A DNA stretch of 64,000 bases, from the IMG/VR virus record IMGVR_UViG_3300010158_000027, positions 1 through 64,000 of that record; one strand, 5' to 3'. The notes below the pieces were generated by a model. It ran no database searches. It worked only from the letters and a program-made list of their open reading frames with translations, and had not been told where the DNA came from. Position numbers and translations under genes: made by a program. Positions 9,360 to 19,077 of the stretch are shown here, in pieces (within the stretch, counting starts at the first letter, position 1; every line of letters starts with the position of its first letter).

Positions 9360-9656
9360 ATGGAAAAATTAGAAACTTTAGAACTTGCCGAAATTAAATT
9401 ACTATGTAAAAAACATGGTGTTAGTATTATTGGTGATAAGAAAACTTTAATTAAGAAACTTAACTATTTTTTGGTTCCAGTTTCTGATACAATCAATACC
9501 CATCCGGGTCGGAAACTATCTGATGATAAAAAAATCATTGCTGTCAAAACCACCGAAAAAGAAAAGTTAAATCTTATTCTTAAAAATAAAGTATCATTTC
9601 TTTATTACTCTTTTGGGTACCATTACTATTTAGTTAATAAACAATTAGAAGTATAA
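9360..9656 (+). CDS. SAP/HeH-like domain protein
   Basis: LELAEIKLLCKKHGVSIIGDKKTLIKKL matches the SAP pattern; TATCTTTG at 9332-9339. Confidence 0.6.
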   Translation: MEKLETLELAEIKLLCKKHGVSIIGDKKTLIKKLNYFLVPVSDTINTHPGRKLSDDKKIIAVKTTEKEKLNLILKNKVSFLYYSFGYHYYLVNKQLEV

Positions 9657-9671
9657 AGTATTTATATAGGT

Positions 9672-10148
9672 ATGAGAGATTTATCAAAACAATTTAGTGA
9701 TAGAATATTAAGGTCAATATTGAAGCAACTTGGAGATGCATTCCATGATGAACATAACGGATATAGTGCTCGTGAAAGATACGAAAATGGATATTGTGAT
9801 ATAATCGATGATGTGGTTAAATATTTTGGGGTTAACGATTTAGACTGGGAGGAATATGGATTCTTTTTTAAATTAATAGAATTAAACCCTGACTATGAGA
9901 ATGACGATATCGTCATCAAATTACCAAAATTAGGTTTGTATGATGTTTTTTATGATGTGGAAGAAAGACAATGGATAACATCAACATATAGACACCGAAT
10001 CTACAGTTACGACCAGGGCATGATAAGTGACCAACTACATGGTGACGAAAATTTTGATGTCTTCGACGGCCGTGAGGTTAATACGGAGGTTAGAGATTCG
10101 CAACCGACGGATCAAACCCTTGTTGAGATAATTAAAGTTGAAATGTAA
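9672..10148 (+). CDS. Hypothetical protein
   Basis: ORF; TATTTAT at 9659-9665. Confidence 0.75.
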   Translation: MRDLSKQFSDRILRSILKQLGDAFHDEHNGYSARERYENGYCDIIDDVVKYFGVNDLDWEEYGFFFKLIELNPDYENDDIVIKLPKLGLYDVFYDVEERQWITSTYRHRIYSYDQGMISDQLHGDENFDVFDGREVNTEVRDSQPTDQTLVEIIKVEM

Positions 10149-11431
10149 TGATAAAAAAAATTAATATATCGGAGAATGATAGACAAACCATTTTGTCTAT
10201 GCATAAACTCATTGTTGAACAGTCGGGCGGGATAACTATACAAGGAACGGTTAAAGAAGATACAGAATCTCATGACCCATACCTTAACCTTAATGTAACA
10301 CTATACGATTCAAAGGGGGTTATAGTTGATAAGGGTCGGGCACGAACAGACGAAAATGGGGAATATAAAATGACTATACCTAATTTAGTTCCAGGTAACT
10401 ATACTCTTAAGTTTGGTGGTGGTGACAAGACGAATAATAGACCCATTAAAATCACCTCAGAGACCACTTCCCCCGTTGTTGTTAACATAGACTACAAATT
10501 CACAAGTCAGGAATTAGAACCGGTAACGGTAGAGGCGAAGTCTTACCGTGTCCCAATTTTTAACATTAAAGTTGTGACACCAAGTGGTGAAAATATAGTG
10601 GGTGCGGAAATAGAAATTTACCATAAGAATATCCTTATGAATTACTCAACATTTGTGGGTGGGGGTAATGAGGGCGTAACATTCGACGCAACTACCGATA
10701 CTGTTAATAAAAAAACGTCAGAGGATGGTTTAAAAAATATATGGATTGATTCGGATAAATACCCATACTTTAGTAGTGACAAAGACGACGAAGTGTGTGG
10801 TGAGGAAGAGCGGATTAAAATTGTTGTAAAATACCAAAATGTCCCTGTAGCGAAGGATGTTGAAACTTGTTTAAATAATGGTATGTATATTATTCCTACC
10901 GACGATTCTAAAACCATTAGAGTAAAAATTAAAAAACTACAAGATTTTGAAATCATAATACAACCATCATCACCAGAATCGTTAGATGACACACAAACAA
11001 CAAAGGTAGATTCTCCAAACATCATTTATTCAAAGATAGGGTTTAGAGAATTAATTAAAAAATCAACAGATGAGGGGAAACCCGCCTTTATTTTATTTTC
11101 TAGCAAGGGAGATAGGTTAAGTGATGATTTAATAACCAGACTTAACACAAATGAAGAAACCATTAGTAAACTTAACAATTACTATATACCCGTTAATTAC
11201 GTTGGTAGTGGGTCGGACCCTGAAGGATTTACTTTGGCTGCCGATTCACTAGGGATTTCACAAATACCAGCAATAGTGATAATAGAAGGAAACCCTGATA
11301 ATCGACCAAACAACACTACCCCTCGACCAATTAAAGGTAGTTATACGGAAATAAAAAAAGTCATCGATTTAACAAGTTTTTTTACGAGTCCCAAAAATTA
11401 CTTAACTATAATAAATGATTTATTGAAGTAA
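10148..11431 (+). CDS. Leader-bearing protein with carboxypeptidase-regulatory-like (prealbumin-fold) domain(s) and a C-terminal thioredoxin-like domain lacking CxxC
   Basis: ITIQGTVKE...RTDENGEYKM...PGNYTLKF; KKSTDEGKPAFILF...GISQIPAIVII. Confidence 0.55.
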   Translation: MIKKINISENDRQTILSMHKLIVEQSGGITIQGTVKEDTESHDPYLNLNVTLYDSKGVIVDKGRARTDENGEYKMTIPNLVPGNYTLKFGGGDKTNNRPIKITSETTSPVVVNIDYKFTSQELEPVTVEAKSYRVPIFNIKVVTPSGENIVGAEIEIYHKNILMNYSTFVGGGNEGVTFDATTDTVNKKTSEDGLKNIWIDSDKYPYFSSDKDDEVCGEEERIKIVVKYQNVPVAKDVETCLNNGMYIIPTDDSKTIRVKIKKLQDFEIIIQPSSPESLDDTQTTKVDSPNIIYSKIGFRELIKKSTDEGKPAFILFSSKGDRLSDDLITRLNTNEETISKLNNYYIPVNYVGSGSDPEGFTLAADSLGISQIPAIVIIEGNPDNRPNNTTPRPIKGSYTEIKKVIDLTSFFTSPKNYLTIINDLLK

Positions 11432-11457
11432 CATTGTATTTATATAAAAAAGAAATT

Positions 11458-11937
11458 ATGAAAAAAGATTTAAAAAACGAATTACAAGAAATGAAATTTT
11501 TATTTGGGTATAAACCAGGTAGAGTAATTTCGGAACAAGATATGTCAAAAATGGATATCGATTTAGAAATGGACGATGAGTACGATGTTGATTTTGCTAA
11601 TCCAGATGTTGCTCCGGCTCCATCAAGAGAAAAGGAAAAAGAAAGAGAAAGAACTGCTCCCGATACTGACCCATTCCCTAACCCATTCGATCCTGAACGT
11701 TCTAAAGAATTTAACCCTCTTCCAGATTTACAACCACAAGGTAAAGATAGATTTAGTGATGATGACGATGACGATTATAAAGATCGAAGTATGTATAGTC
11801 CATACTATGGTGATGATGACAATGAGGATATAAATGAACCATTCACTGACGAAGTAGAAAGCGATGAAATCGATAGTGACGACACTAGTAAATCTTTAGA
11901 GGACTTAGTTAGCAAATATTTGAACAAATTAAAATAA
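11458..11937 (+). CDS. Acidic, Pro-rich leader-bearing protein
   Basis: MKFLFGYKPGRVISEQ; low-complexity D/E/P content. Confidence 0.8.
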   Translation: MKKDLKNELQEMKFLFGYKPGRVISEQDMSKMDIDLEMDDEYDVDFANPDVAPAPSREKEKERERTAPDTDPFPNPFDPERSKEFNPLPDLQPQGKDRFSDDDDDDYKDRSMYSPYYGDDDNEDINEPFTDEVESDEIDSDDTSKSLEDLVSKYLNKLK

Positions 11938-11938
11938 T

Positions 11939-12934
11939 ATGAAAAAATGGCAACTATTATACGAATCCCCACCTGTGGGTGATTATTTACCTGATGAATT
12001 CAAGCAACAGGCAAAATTAGCGGGAACAACTCAAGACAGGGATGAAAAATCTCAAAGAAGAAATAAGTTAATGAGTGTTATGCAAAACTTACCTAACCTT
12101 GAGAGAGAAAATAAGGAGGAGCTTCAAGATTTAGCTGTTGAGGCTATTTTTAGAATCTACCCATCGTTAAAAAAGATGGTTGATTCGGGTAAAGTAATTA
12201 TCGACGCTAAATTAGTTTCAAATCCAGGTGGTAGACAAACCCCACAAAACTTTCCATCAAAGGAAATCGAAAAAGTTAAGGAAAAAACACCTAACTTCTC
12301 AGCATTGGAAAAGAAAAGACACTTTCAAAACGCACAAACACAAGCAAGAGCTTGGATTGATGGTTTTAATTACGTTTCAAACTTTATGGATGAGGAATTG
12401 GACGCTATTGACCCACAACTATATGATAAGTATAGAGATTTCACTAAAGGTATCTCCGATTTTTATTGGGACAATGCTGATATGTTAGAAAGGATGGCAT
12501 CAAACGGTGCTGGAAGAATTGCATATTGTGATGTCCTACCAATGGAAGATGGAAAAGTTAAAATTGAGGCTAGAGCCCCACATTTCCCATTACTTGTTCA
12601 CGAATTAGTTAAAGGTGCTGAATATTATAAGACAGCGGCTAGTTTACCAAAGGATCCTGAGGTAAGACAAGCAATAATTAAAAGTACAGACACACATAAG
12701 CACGAAATTCAAAATATGAACTACGGTCGAGAGATTGTTAATAGAATGAGAGGGATTTTAGCCAAAAGAGTGGAAGGATATTTACCAAATATGGAAATTC
12801 AAATCTCAACACAGATGGATATGTTACCTGAAGATAAATATAACGAATATATGGATGCGATTGTTAATAATGATAACGATGGTATACTTGGATTCATAAT
12901 TTTTGCAGAAAAAATAGTAAAACAATTACGATGA
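11939..12934 (+). CDS. Hypothetical protein (331 aa)
   Basis: ORF; starts MKKWQLLYES. Confidence 0.8.
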   Translation: MKKWQLLYESPPVGDYLPDEFKQQAKLAGTTQDRDEKSQRRNKLMSVMQNLPNLERENKEELQDLAVEAIFRIYPSLKKMVDSGKVIIDAKLVSNPGGRQTPQNFPSKEIEKVKEKTPNFSALEKKRHFQNAQTQARAWIDGFNYVSNFMDEELDAIDPQLYDKYRDFTKGISDFYWDNADMLERMASNGAGRIAYCDVLPMEDGKVKIEARAPHFPLLVHELVKGAEYYKTAASLPKDPEVRQAIIKSTDTHKHEIQNMNYGREIVNRMRGILAKRVEGYLPNMEIQISTQMDMLPEDKYNEYMDAIVNNDNDGILGFIIFAEKIVKQLR

Positions 12935-13209
12935 GAATAACAGAATCAGATATTAGAAGAATTATTAAAAATGTAGTCAACGAAAACAGTGGATACGTTA
13001 CTGGATTAGCACCATCAGAAAGAACTGAACTTGTTGATGACGTAATTAATAGAATTAATGAGCACGGTACGAAATATATCGTTGAACTTAACAAACTTAA
13101 CTCGGAATTTCCTGTTGAAAAATACAAAAGACAAGACAGAATCAAAAGAAAAGATTTTGAGCTACCTAAAGGGGTTAGAGTTCAGAGTTCTTACTTCAGT
13201 GAAGACTAA
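12931..13209 (+). CDS. Leader-bearing small protein
   Basis: MRITESDIRRIIKNVVNEN. Confidence 0.8.
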   Translation: MRITESDIRRIIKNVVNENSGYVTGLAPSERTELVDDVINRINEHGTKYIVELNKLNSEFPVEKYKRQDRIKRKDFELPKGVRVQSSYFSED

Positions 13210-13212
13210 ATT

Positions 13213-13851
13213 ATGGATAAATCTAAGGTTTATCGGTTATTTTTAGACTTTATTGGTGGGAACTCAATAGAAATTAATGGAATTCACTTAAAACCTGAAA
13301 GAATGGGTAGGGATACTCGCACAATTGAGTTCTCAATTCAAAATTTTAACGATGTTCCCTACTATTCGGAGATTATTCTCGAATATTTGAAGGATGTTAT
13401 GGATGATTTTAGTAAATACACCAATATTTATTTCAAACCCCGTTTATTGGATGAATATATGGGGGTATATTTAAATGAAACGGTAAAAAATCAAATACAA
13501 TCCGTATTTGATGGTAAAACTACCCTACAGTTGTCCACTTATAACAAAACGGTTAAGATAATGGGTAGTAGTACTGGTTTTAATATTGAGAGTCACGACG
13601 ATACCATCATGATATGGAACGAATTCGATGCAAAACGTGGAATTTGGTATTATTCTAACACTAATGAAGAAATAAGTCGTGATTTAGGTGAATGTATATC
13701 AGAATATTTTGATATTATTGAAAATGATAGTCGTGGGACAGAGTCTGAACGAGTTTATGTGGAATTGGACGACATTCTAAGTAAATATCCCTTAATTTCG
13801 GCCGAATGGACGGTATTATACTACCACACTGGGTTCAATAACCTATCCTAA
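13213..13851 (+). CDS. Hypothetical protein
   Basis: ORF only. Confidence 0.75.
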   Translation: MDKSKVYRLFLDFIGGNSIEINGIHLKPERMGRDTRTIEFSIQNFNDVPYYSEIILEYLKDVMDDFSKYTNIYFKPRLLDEYMGVYLNETVKNQIQSVFDGKTTLQLSTYNKTVKIMGSSTGFNIESHDDTIMIWNEFDAKRGIWYYSNTNEEISRDLGECISEYFDIIENDSRGTESERVYVELDDILSKYPLISAEWTVLYYHTGFNNLS

Positions 13852-14149
13852 CATAGATTCACTACTTTTTACACAAATTAAGGTGTTTTGAGTCCAAAGT
13901 TATGTCACTTTTAAGAAAAATGGAGGTATTTTTGTCAAAGTGGTTAAAAAATCAACATTTGACACAGTTTTTACCGATATTTTAATCTTTTCTGTGTGAT
14001 TTTTACTAAAAAAGTACTATTTTACCTTTTTTTATCTTTAAAAGGTAACAATCAATAGATTTTTGGGTATTTTTAAGTTTTTATTTTATTATTTAAACTA
14101 AAATAGTTATTTTTTAGGTATAAATTGACATTTTAGACTATTTATTTGT

Positions 14150-14722
14150 ATGAAAATCATTATAACAGAGTCACAATACCGTTTTTTAATGGAAAATACC
14201 GCTGAAATCGACCATATTTTAGATAAAGTAAGCGAAATAGGGTACGAAAACCTTGAAAATGACGAAAAAAGTACCCTAAATAGGTACTCAGAGTGGTTAA
14301 ATTCGGGTAAAAAGGGAGACTTTATACCCCAAAATACGTCTAAAAGTAACAATTTAGGGGGTGCAGATGACGATTCTGACGACAAATCAGGTAACGAATA
14401 CACCACATATTTACCCGATGGTAGTGGGTTTTCATTCAGATATGACTATTCTGACGTATTAACGGAAGAAATACTTCATTACGGGGTAGTAAAATACCAT
14501 GGAGAGGACTGGTCGGGGTTAATTGCCACCAATAACAATGGTAAAATCACTGAAATTGACTTTGTTTTGGAGTCAAATGGGTTCCAATCTTATGATTCTA
14601 ACGATGAATTGGGTAGATATGACGAAGAAAAAGAAGTTAGACTACAAGATGTGTTAGGTAATGATTTACATCAAGTTAAATACTTCCTACAAGAAGAGGT
14701 AATTTCCGATTTAATGGATTAA
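14150..14722 (+). CDS. Leader-bearing hypothetical protein
   Basis: MKIIITESQYRFLMEN; TATTTAT at 14139-14145. Confidence 0.8.
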   Translation: MKIIITESQYRFLMENTAEIDHILDKVSEIGYENLENDEKSTLNRYSEWLNSGKKGDFIPQNTSKSNNLGGADDDSDDKSGNEYTTYLPDGSGFSFRYDYSDVLTEEILHYGVVKYHGEDWSGLIATNNNGKITEIDFVLESNGFQSYDSNDELGRYDEEKEVRLQDVLGNDLHQVKYFLQEEVISDLMD

Positions 14723-15337
14723 ATCATTGTCTTTTAAGTAATCAAACATTGTTTTAGCCAACTTTTTACCTGCCTTTATATCTGAAGGGTAGTGTGCTTT
14801 AGCCATTTGTCTGGATTGTGTGATATCCTTCACTATCTTTTTAAAGTCTTTCTCGTATTTAGGGTAAAACTTAGTTAGAATTAACCCTAAAAGGTTAGAT
14901 TGGGTTGAATGTCCTGACGGATATGCGTAACCACTCATCGATTTCATCGACATATCATCTAATTTATCATCTAATTTAAATGGTCTGGGTCTTTTAAAGT
15001 GCTTTTTTAGTATACGTATTACTTTAGTCGCGTCCTGTTTAATCTTTTTTAATAATTCCTTATCGTACTTTATACTTTTACTATCTAAAAAATCAAAAAA
15101 GTTACCCACCACGTCATCCTTCTCTTGAACGAACTTTTTATCTAAATCCAAAGTGCTTAAATGTTCTATTTCTTTTTTAGTTTCTTCACTATCGTCTTCA
15201 GGTGGTGTTTGATTTTTAAATGAATCCACATCAAAATCTTTAAATATGTTATCTTCGGGTACGTCATTATTTATTGATTTACCTTCATTTAACAACATTA
15301 ATAATTTAATTCTATTTATTTCTTGGAGTATGTACAT
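14711..15337 (-). CDS. PAP2-family (acid phosphatase/haloperoxidase) protein with leader
   Basis: KKHFKRPRP, AYPSGHS and SRQMAKAHYPSD are the three PAP2 motifs. Confidence 0.85.
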   Translation of the reverse strand: MYILQEINRIKLLMLLNEGKSINNDVPEDNIFKDFDVDSFKNQTPPEDDSEETKKEIEHLSTLDLDKKFVQEKDDVVGNFFDFLDSKSIKYDKELLKKIKQDATKVIRILKKHFKRPRPFKLDDKLDDMSMKSMSGYAYPSGHSTQSNLLGLILTKFYPKYEKDFKKIVKDITQSRQMAKAHYPSDIKAGKKLAKTMFDYLKDNDLIH

Positions 15338-15349
15338 ATTTATAAATAT
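15336..15349. promoter_or_regulatory. Palindromic double TATTTAT site between divergent genes
   Basis: ATATTTATAAATAT is a perfect palindrome. Confidence 0.6.
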
Positions 15350-15363
15350 AAACTAAAAAGATT

Positions 15364-15954
15364 ATGATAACAAAAAAAGATTTACTAAATAAGAAGTTCT
15401 ATAATTCTCCAATTTTAGAACAAGAAGAGTCTGAGGAAAACGACGAAAAAAATGAAGGAGGTAGAGTTAAACTTTATAAATTAAGTGAAAGTGTAATTAA
15501 CATTTTAACTGATAGAATTAAAGACGAATACACTGCACATTATTACTATAGAGCGGCAACTAATTGGTGTGAAGATATGAATTATAAAAAAGCTGCGGAA
15601 TTCTTTAAAAATGAGGCTAAAGACGAACTGAAACATTCACAGAAAATTCAAGAGTACATGGTTGGGTTTAATATTATTCCAGAAATCCCTCAAGCACCAA
15701 CAAAACATACGTTTAATAGTTTAATTGATATTATTAATGGAGCATATAAAATGGAGTTAGATTTAATGAATGAATATAATAAAAACTCACAAGACTTAAT
15801 ATCTGAAGACATTACAACATTTGATTTTTTAACTGAATTTAGAGAAATTCAAAAAGGTGCTGTTGTTGAATACAATGATTTAATTAATGCAAGTGAATTG
15901 GTTAATATGAAAGATAAATTCCAAGTACTTTATTTCGAGCAAACTTATTTTTAA
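15364..15954 (+). CDS. ftnA: Ferritin (FtnA-like) with N-terminal extension
   Basis: EYTAHYYY...EAKDELKHSQKI...AYKME...FREIQ ferroxidase-type pattern. Confidence 0.8.
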   Translation: MITKKDLLNKKFYNSPILEQEESEENDEKNEGGRVKLYKLSESVINILTDRIKDEYTAHYYYRAATNWCEDMNYKKAAEFFKNEAKDELKHSQKIQEYMVGFNIIPEIPQAPTKHTFNSLIDIINGAYKMELDLMNEYNKNSQDLISEDITTFDFLTEFREIQKGAVVEYNDLINASELVNMKDKFQVLYFEQTYF

Positions 15955-15959
15955 ATTAC

Positions 15960-16859
15960 ATGATTTCAGACTCACAACTTAATGGTTATGGTGAAAGATA
16001 CTTAACGTTCGCTGAGAATAGTTCGGACATTGAGGTGATTACTCTACGATCTCTTTATAATTTATTCAAACATGATCATATGGTAAAAATGTTTTTTTCA
16101 AAACTTACCAAATATGATATTATAAGAGTTATTTATTATACATACTTTTTAAGTGAGGGATATAATCAAGATGATATATTCCTAACCCTAAATAAGATTT
16201 ATATGTTTACCATTCTTGATTATGAAGGTCCAGGGACAATTGATATTGAGTGTTCTGACTGTTACGGCGATGGTCTTGATGATTGTAGGCGTTGTGGTGG
16301 TAGCGGTAATGAAGACTGTTACAATTGCGGAGGTGATGGGTCAATAGATTGTGACACATGTAATGGTGATGGTAAACAGGAGTGTAATGAATGTGGCGGC
16401 ACAGGTGGCGATTCGGATGATGAATGTAGTCATTGTGATGGTACCGGTGAAGAGTCATGCGATGATTGTGGTGGTGTTGGTCATTACGAGTGCCATGCTT
16501 GTAGTAATTCTGGTAATCAAGACTGTTTGAGTTGTGAGGGGGCTGGTCAACAATCTTGCGAAAATTGTGGTGGGGATGGAATAGTTCAATCAGATGAAAA
16601 CCATTATACCGACACCTACTCCTCCCATTATGTCACTTTAGATGATTTTATATTAAGTGTAGATGAGAATGATCCTATGACAAATGAAGACATAGTGGAT
16701 GACATGGAAAATACTCTTTTATTGGTAGTCATACGTACCAATACTGAACCTGATGTTTATGATATAGATCAAAAATACGGGACTGATGAGTGGGATAGAG
16801 TTGTTGTAATCACTGATGTTGCAGAATTTACGGAGTCAACCACACATACCCCATTCTAA
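15960..16859 (+). CDS. Protein with ten CxxCxGxG (DnaJ-type zinc finger) repeats
   Basis: Repeats run from CSDCYGDG to CENCGGDG. Confidence 0.8.
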   Translation: MISDSQLNGYGERYLTFAENSSDIEVITLRSLYNLFKHDHMVKMFFSKLTKYDIIRVIYYTYFLSEGYNQDDIFLTLNKIYMFTILDYEGPGTIDIECSDCYGDGLDDCRRCGGSGNEDCYNCGGDGSIDCDTCNGDGKQECNECGGTGGDSDDECSHCDGTGEESCDDCGGVGHYECHACSNSGNQDCLSCEGAGQQSCENCGGDGIVQSDENHYTDTYSSHYVTLDDFILSVDENDPMTNEDIVDDMENTLLLVVIRTNTEPDVYDIDQKYGTDEWDRVVVITDVAEFTESTTHTPF

Positions 16860-17458
16860 TCCCACCAACCGTCGATACGACTTTCCATAATTTTAAATAC
16901 TAATTTACGACATCTATCTTGGTTTTCGTGAGCAATCTCCATAGCAATTAACTGTTTATCTTTTTCTTCGATAGGTTTTCTGTATAAATCAATCTCACCC
17001 GACATTACCCGTTTGTATTGACGAGGATATTTTTTGAAGTACTCATCGAAGTTTTCACTAACAAGTTCAAGATCCAATTCTTTCAAACCAAGTCTACCTT
17101 CAACATCTAACCAATTAACCTTAGATTCGTGATAATCCATAAATTCACTATCGTAGTAATCATCTTGGCAACGTTCAATTAAACGGGAAGTCAATCTCAT
17201 TAATTCGGCATCACGTTTAGCTCTTTGGTGTCTATTATGACTACCAATATATTCTGCTTGGCTATTTAATTTAACTTTAATTATTTCATAAATGAAACTA
17301 TTATCCCAATCTCGGTCTCTCCATATTACTGGAAACCATTTGATTAGATTTTTACATCCCGTTAAGAATTCGATTAACCAATTGGGTAATTTATCGTATA
17401 ACGATTTTTTACTCCAAAACGAGTCTTTATGTATTGAAACTTTATCGTAGTTTTCCAT
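16856..17458 (-). CDS. Hypothetical protein
   Basis: ORF; TATCTTTG at 17486-17493 on the minus strand. Confidence 0.8.
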   Translation of the reverse strand: MENYDKVSIHKDSFWSKKSLYDKLPNWLIEFLTGCKNLIKWFPVIWRDRDWDNSFIYEIIKVKLNSQAEYIGSHNRHQRAKRDAELMRLTSRLIERCQDDYYDSEFMDYHESKVNWLDVEGRLGLKELDLELVSENFDEYFKKYPRQYKRVMSGEIDLYRKPIEEKDKQLIAMEIAHENQDRCRKLVFKIMESRIDGWWD

Positions 17459-17530
17459 ATAACAAAATTATTTACTTATTTAATACAAAGATATAAAACT
17501 TATTTAATATAACAAACATATTTATTACAT

Positions 17531-18256
17531 ATGGAAAAAAACCTTAATGAGATGAATCCGGAACTATCCCCTAATGATCGGATAGTTTTGATACATATGG
17601 ATGACTACCGTCCGGTACCGATTTTATCGAAAGGTGTCGTTGAAAGTGACCCTCTAAAATATAAACAACAACAACCTAAGTTTTCAAAAAATGATTGTGG
17701 GTATGCTTATAAAGTGGCATGGTATGATCAAGACACTGGGGAACCTATAAGTACTCTACCATTAATGCCAGATACAGACTCGTGGTTATATGATAAAGAA
17801 TATTATGAATCAAATGTGGATTCACTAAATGAGTCTATGTTTAATAATGTGGATGATATTATTAGATGGGGGGATTTTTTAAATGTGTTTAGTAAAAGTG
17901 AACTCGAGTATGTATGTGAATTTTTTGAACTTGAGAGAAGGACAGGATTTTTTAATATGGTATTAGATGGTGGTAAATTTTTATTAGTTGGTTCTGATTT
18001 TATAAAGGACTACATTAAGTTAAAATCTTATGAAACCGAATTTGATAGTGAAGATAAAGAAATTCATGATGCGATAATTTCGAGAGCAGAAAAAGTTAGG
18101 ATGATATTTATAAGTAATGCTATGGAGCTTTTAGAAAACAACGACATGGATACTGAAATAGATGATGTAAAACATGCGATGATAAAACTGGCAAAATTAG
18201 CAAAAGAATATTGGGTGGAGAACTCAAATAAATTTTTAGATAAAGAAATAGAATGA
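17531..18256 (+). CDS. Hypothetical protein
   Basis: ORF; TATTTAT at 17519-17525. Confidence 0.8.
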   Translation: MEKNLNEMNPELSPNDRIVLIHMDDYRPVPILSKGVVESDPLKYKQQQPKFSKNDCGYAYKVAWYDQDTGEPISTLPLMPDTDSWLYDKEYYESNVDSLNESMFNNVDDIIRWGDFLNVFSKSELEYVCEFFELERRTGFFNMVLDGGKFLLVGSDFIKDYIKLKSYETEFDSEDKEIHDAIISRAEKVRMIFISNAMELLENNDMDTEIDDVKHAMIKLAKLAKEYWVENSNKFLDKEIE

Positions 18257-18762
18257 GAGGATTTTCAAGTATGTCTGATGAAGAAAGACAACAAATCAAA
18301 CAACAACATAGTAAAGTATACGATGGGTATGCTACCAATAACGTAACTTCCAACATGACACCGTTAATGGTTTATGATGCTGCTCAAGACAAGGCGGGGA
18401 TTACAGTAAATGCTAAAGGTGAGGTAAAACCATACCATAACCATAACGTTAATGAGATTGCAGCTAAAAACTTACATTACGATGAGATAGATGCGGCATA
18501 CGACTTTGACTCTCCTGGACCTCAACAAAGTATGGTACAACCAAACCCAGGAACGAAGCCGTACGAGTTTGATACTCACGGACCAATAGATTCTTATGGT
18601 GGTGGACTGTATGATACTACGACGTCTAATTTTGAGGGTGAACCTGAATTTAACGTTGATAACGAAGAGGATGAAGAAGTCGAAGAGGAAAAAATTGAGG
18701 ACATTAAAGAAAGTGTATCTAAATCTTTAGATATGTTTAAAAGGTTTCAAAAATTTAACTAA
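18253..18762 (+). CDS. Acidic hypothetical protein with leader-like N-terminus
   Basis: MSDEERQQIKQQH resembles the start of the 4336 protein. Confidence 0.75.
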   Translation: MRGFSSMSDEERQQIKQQHSKVYDGYATNNVTSNMTPLMVYDAAQDKAGITVNAKGEVKPYHNHNVNEIAAKNLHYDEIDAAYDFDSPGPQQSMVQPNPGTKPYEFDTHGPIDSYGGGLYDTTTSNFEGEPEFNVDNEEDEEVEEEKIEDIKESVSKSLDMFKRFQKFN

Positions 18763-19076
18763 TGGAAATTGTTGAAATTATATCTCATTATGTTGATAAA
18801 CAACAAAATATAATAAACGTCGAATTTAGAATCTTCGGTGATGATGACGACGTAATTAGAGAGGATATTATCGAATACACTTATTTTGAAGAATTTGGGT
18901 TTGACGATAAAAAGGACTTACATATCTTTGAAGAGATAATGGATGAAGATGAGGATGGGGATGAGTGGGATGACGATGATTTTGATTATATTCAAAATGA
19001 GGATACTCTCACGGCATTTTTAAATGAATACTACGTCGTATATCCAAAAAAACTACCTAAATCGGAATATAGATAA
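18762..19076 (+). CDS. Small acidic protein
   Basis: ORF, coupled to its neighbours. Confidence 0.75.
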   Translation: MEIVEIISHYVDKQQNIINVEFRIFGDDDDVIREDIIEYTYFEEFGFDDKKDLHIFEEIMDEDEDGDEWDDDDFDYIQNEDTLTAFLNEYYVVYPKKLPKSEYR

Positions 19077-19077
19077 T

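Noticed and set aside
13852-14149. About 300-bp AT-rich gap
   Set aside because: No convincing ORF, repeat or RNA structure found by eye; left unannotated.
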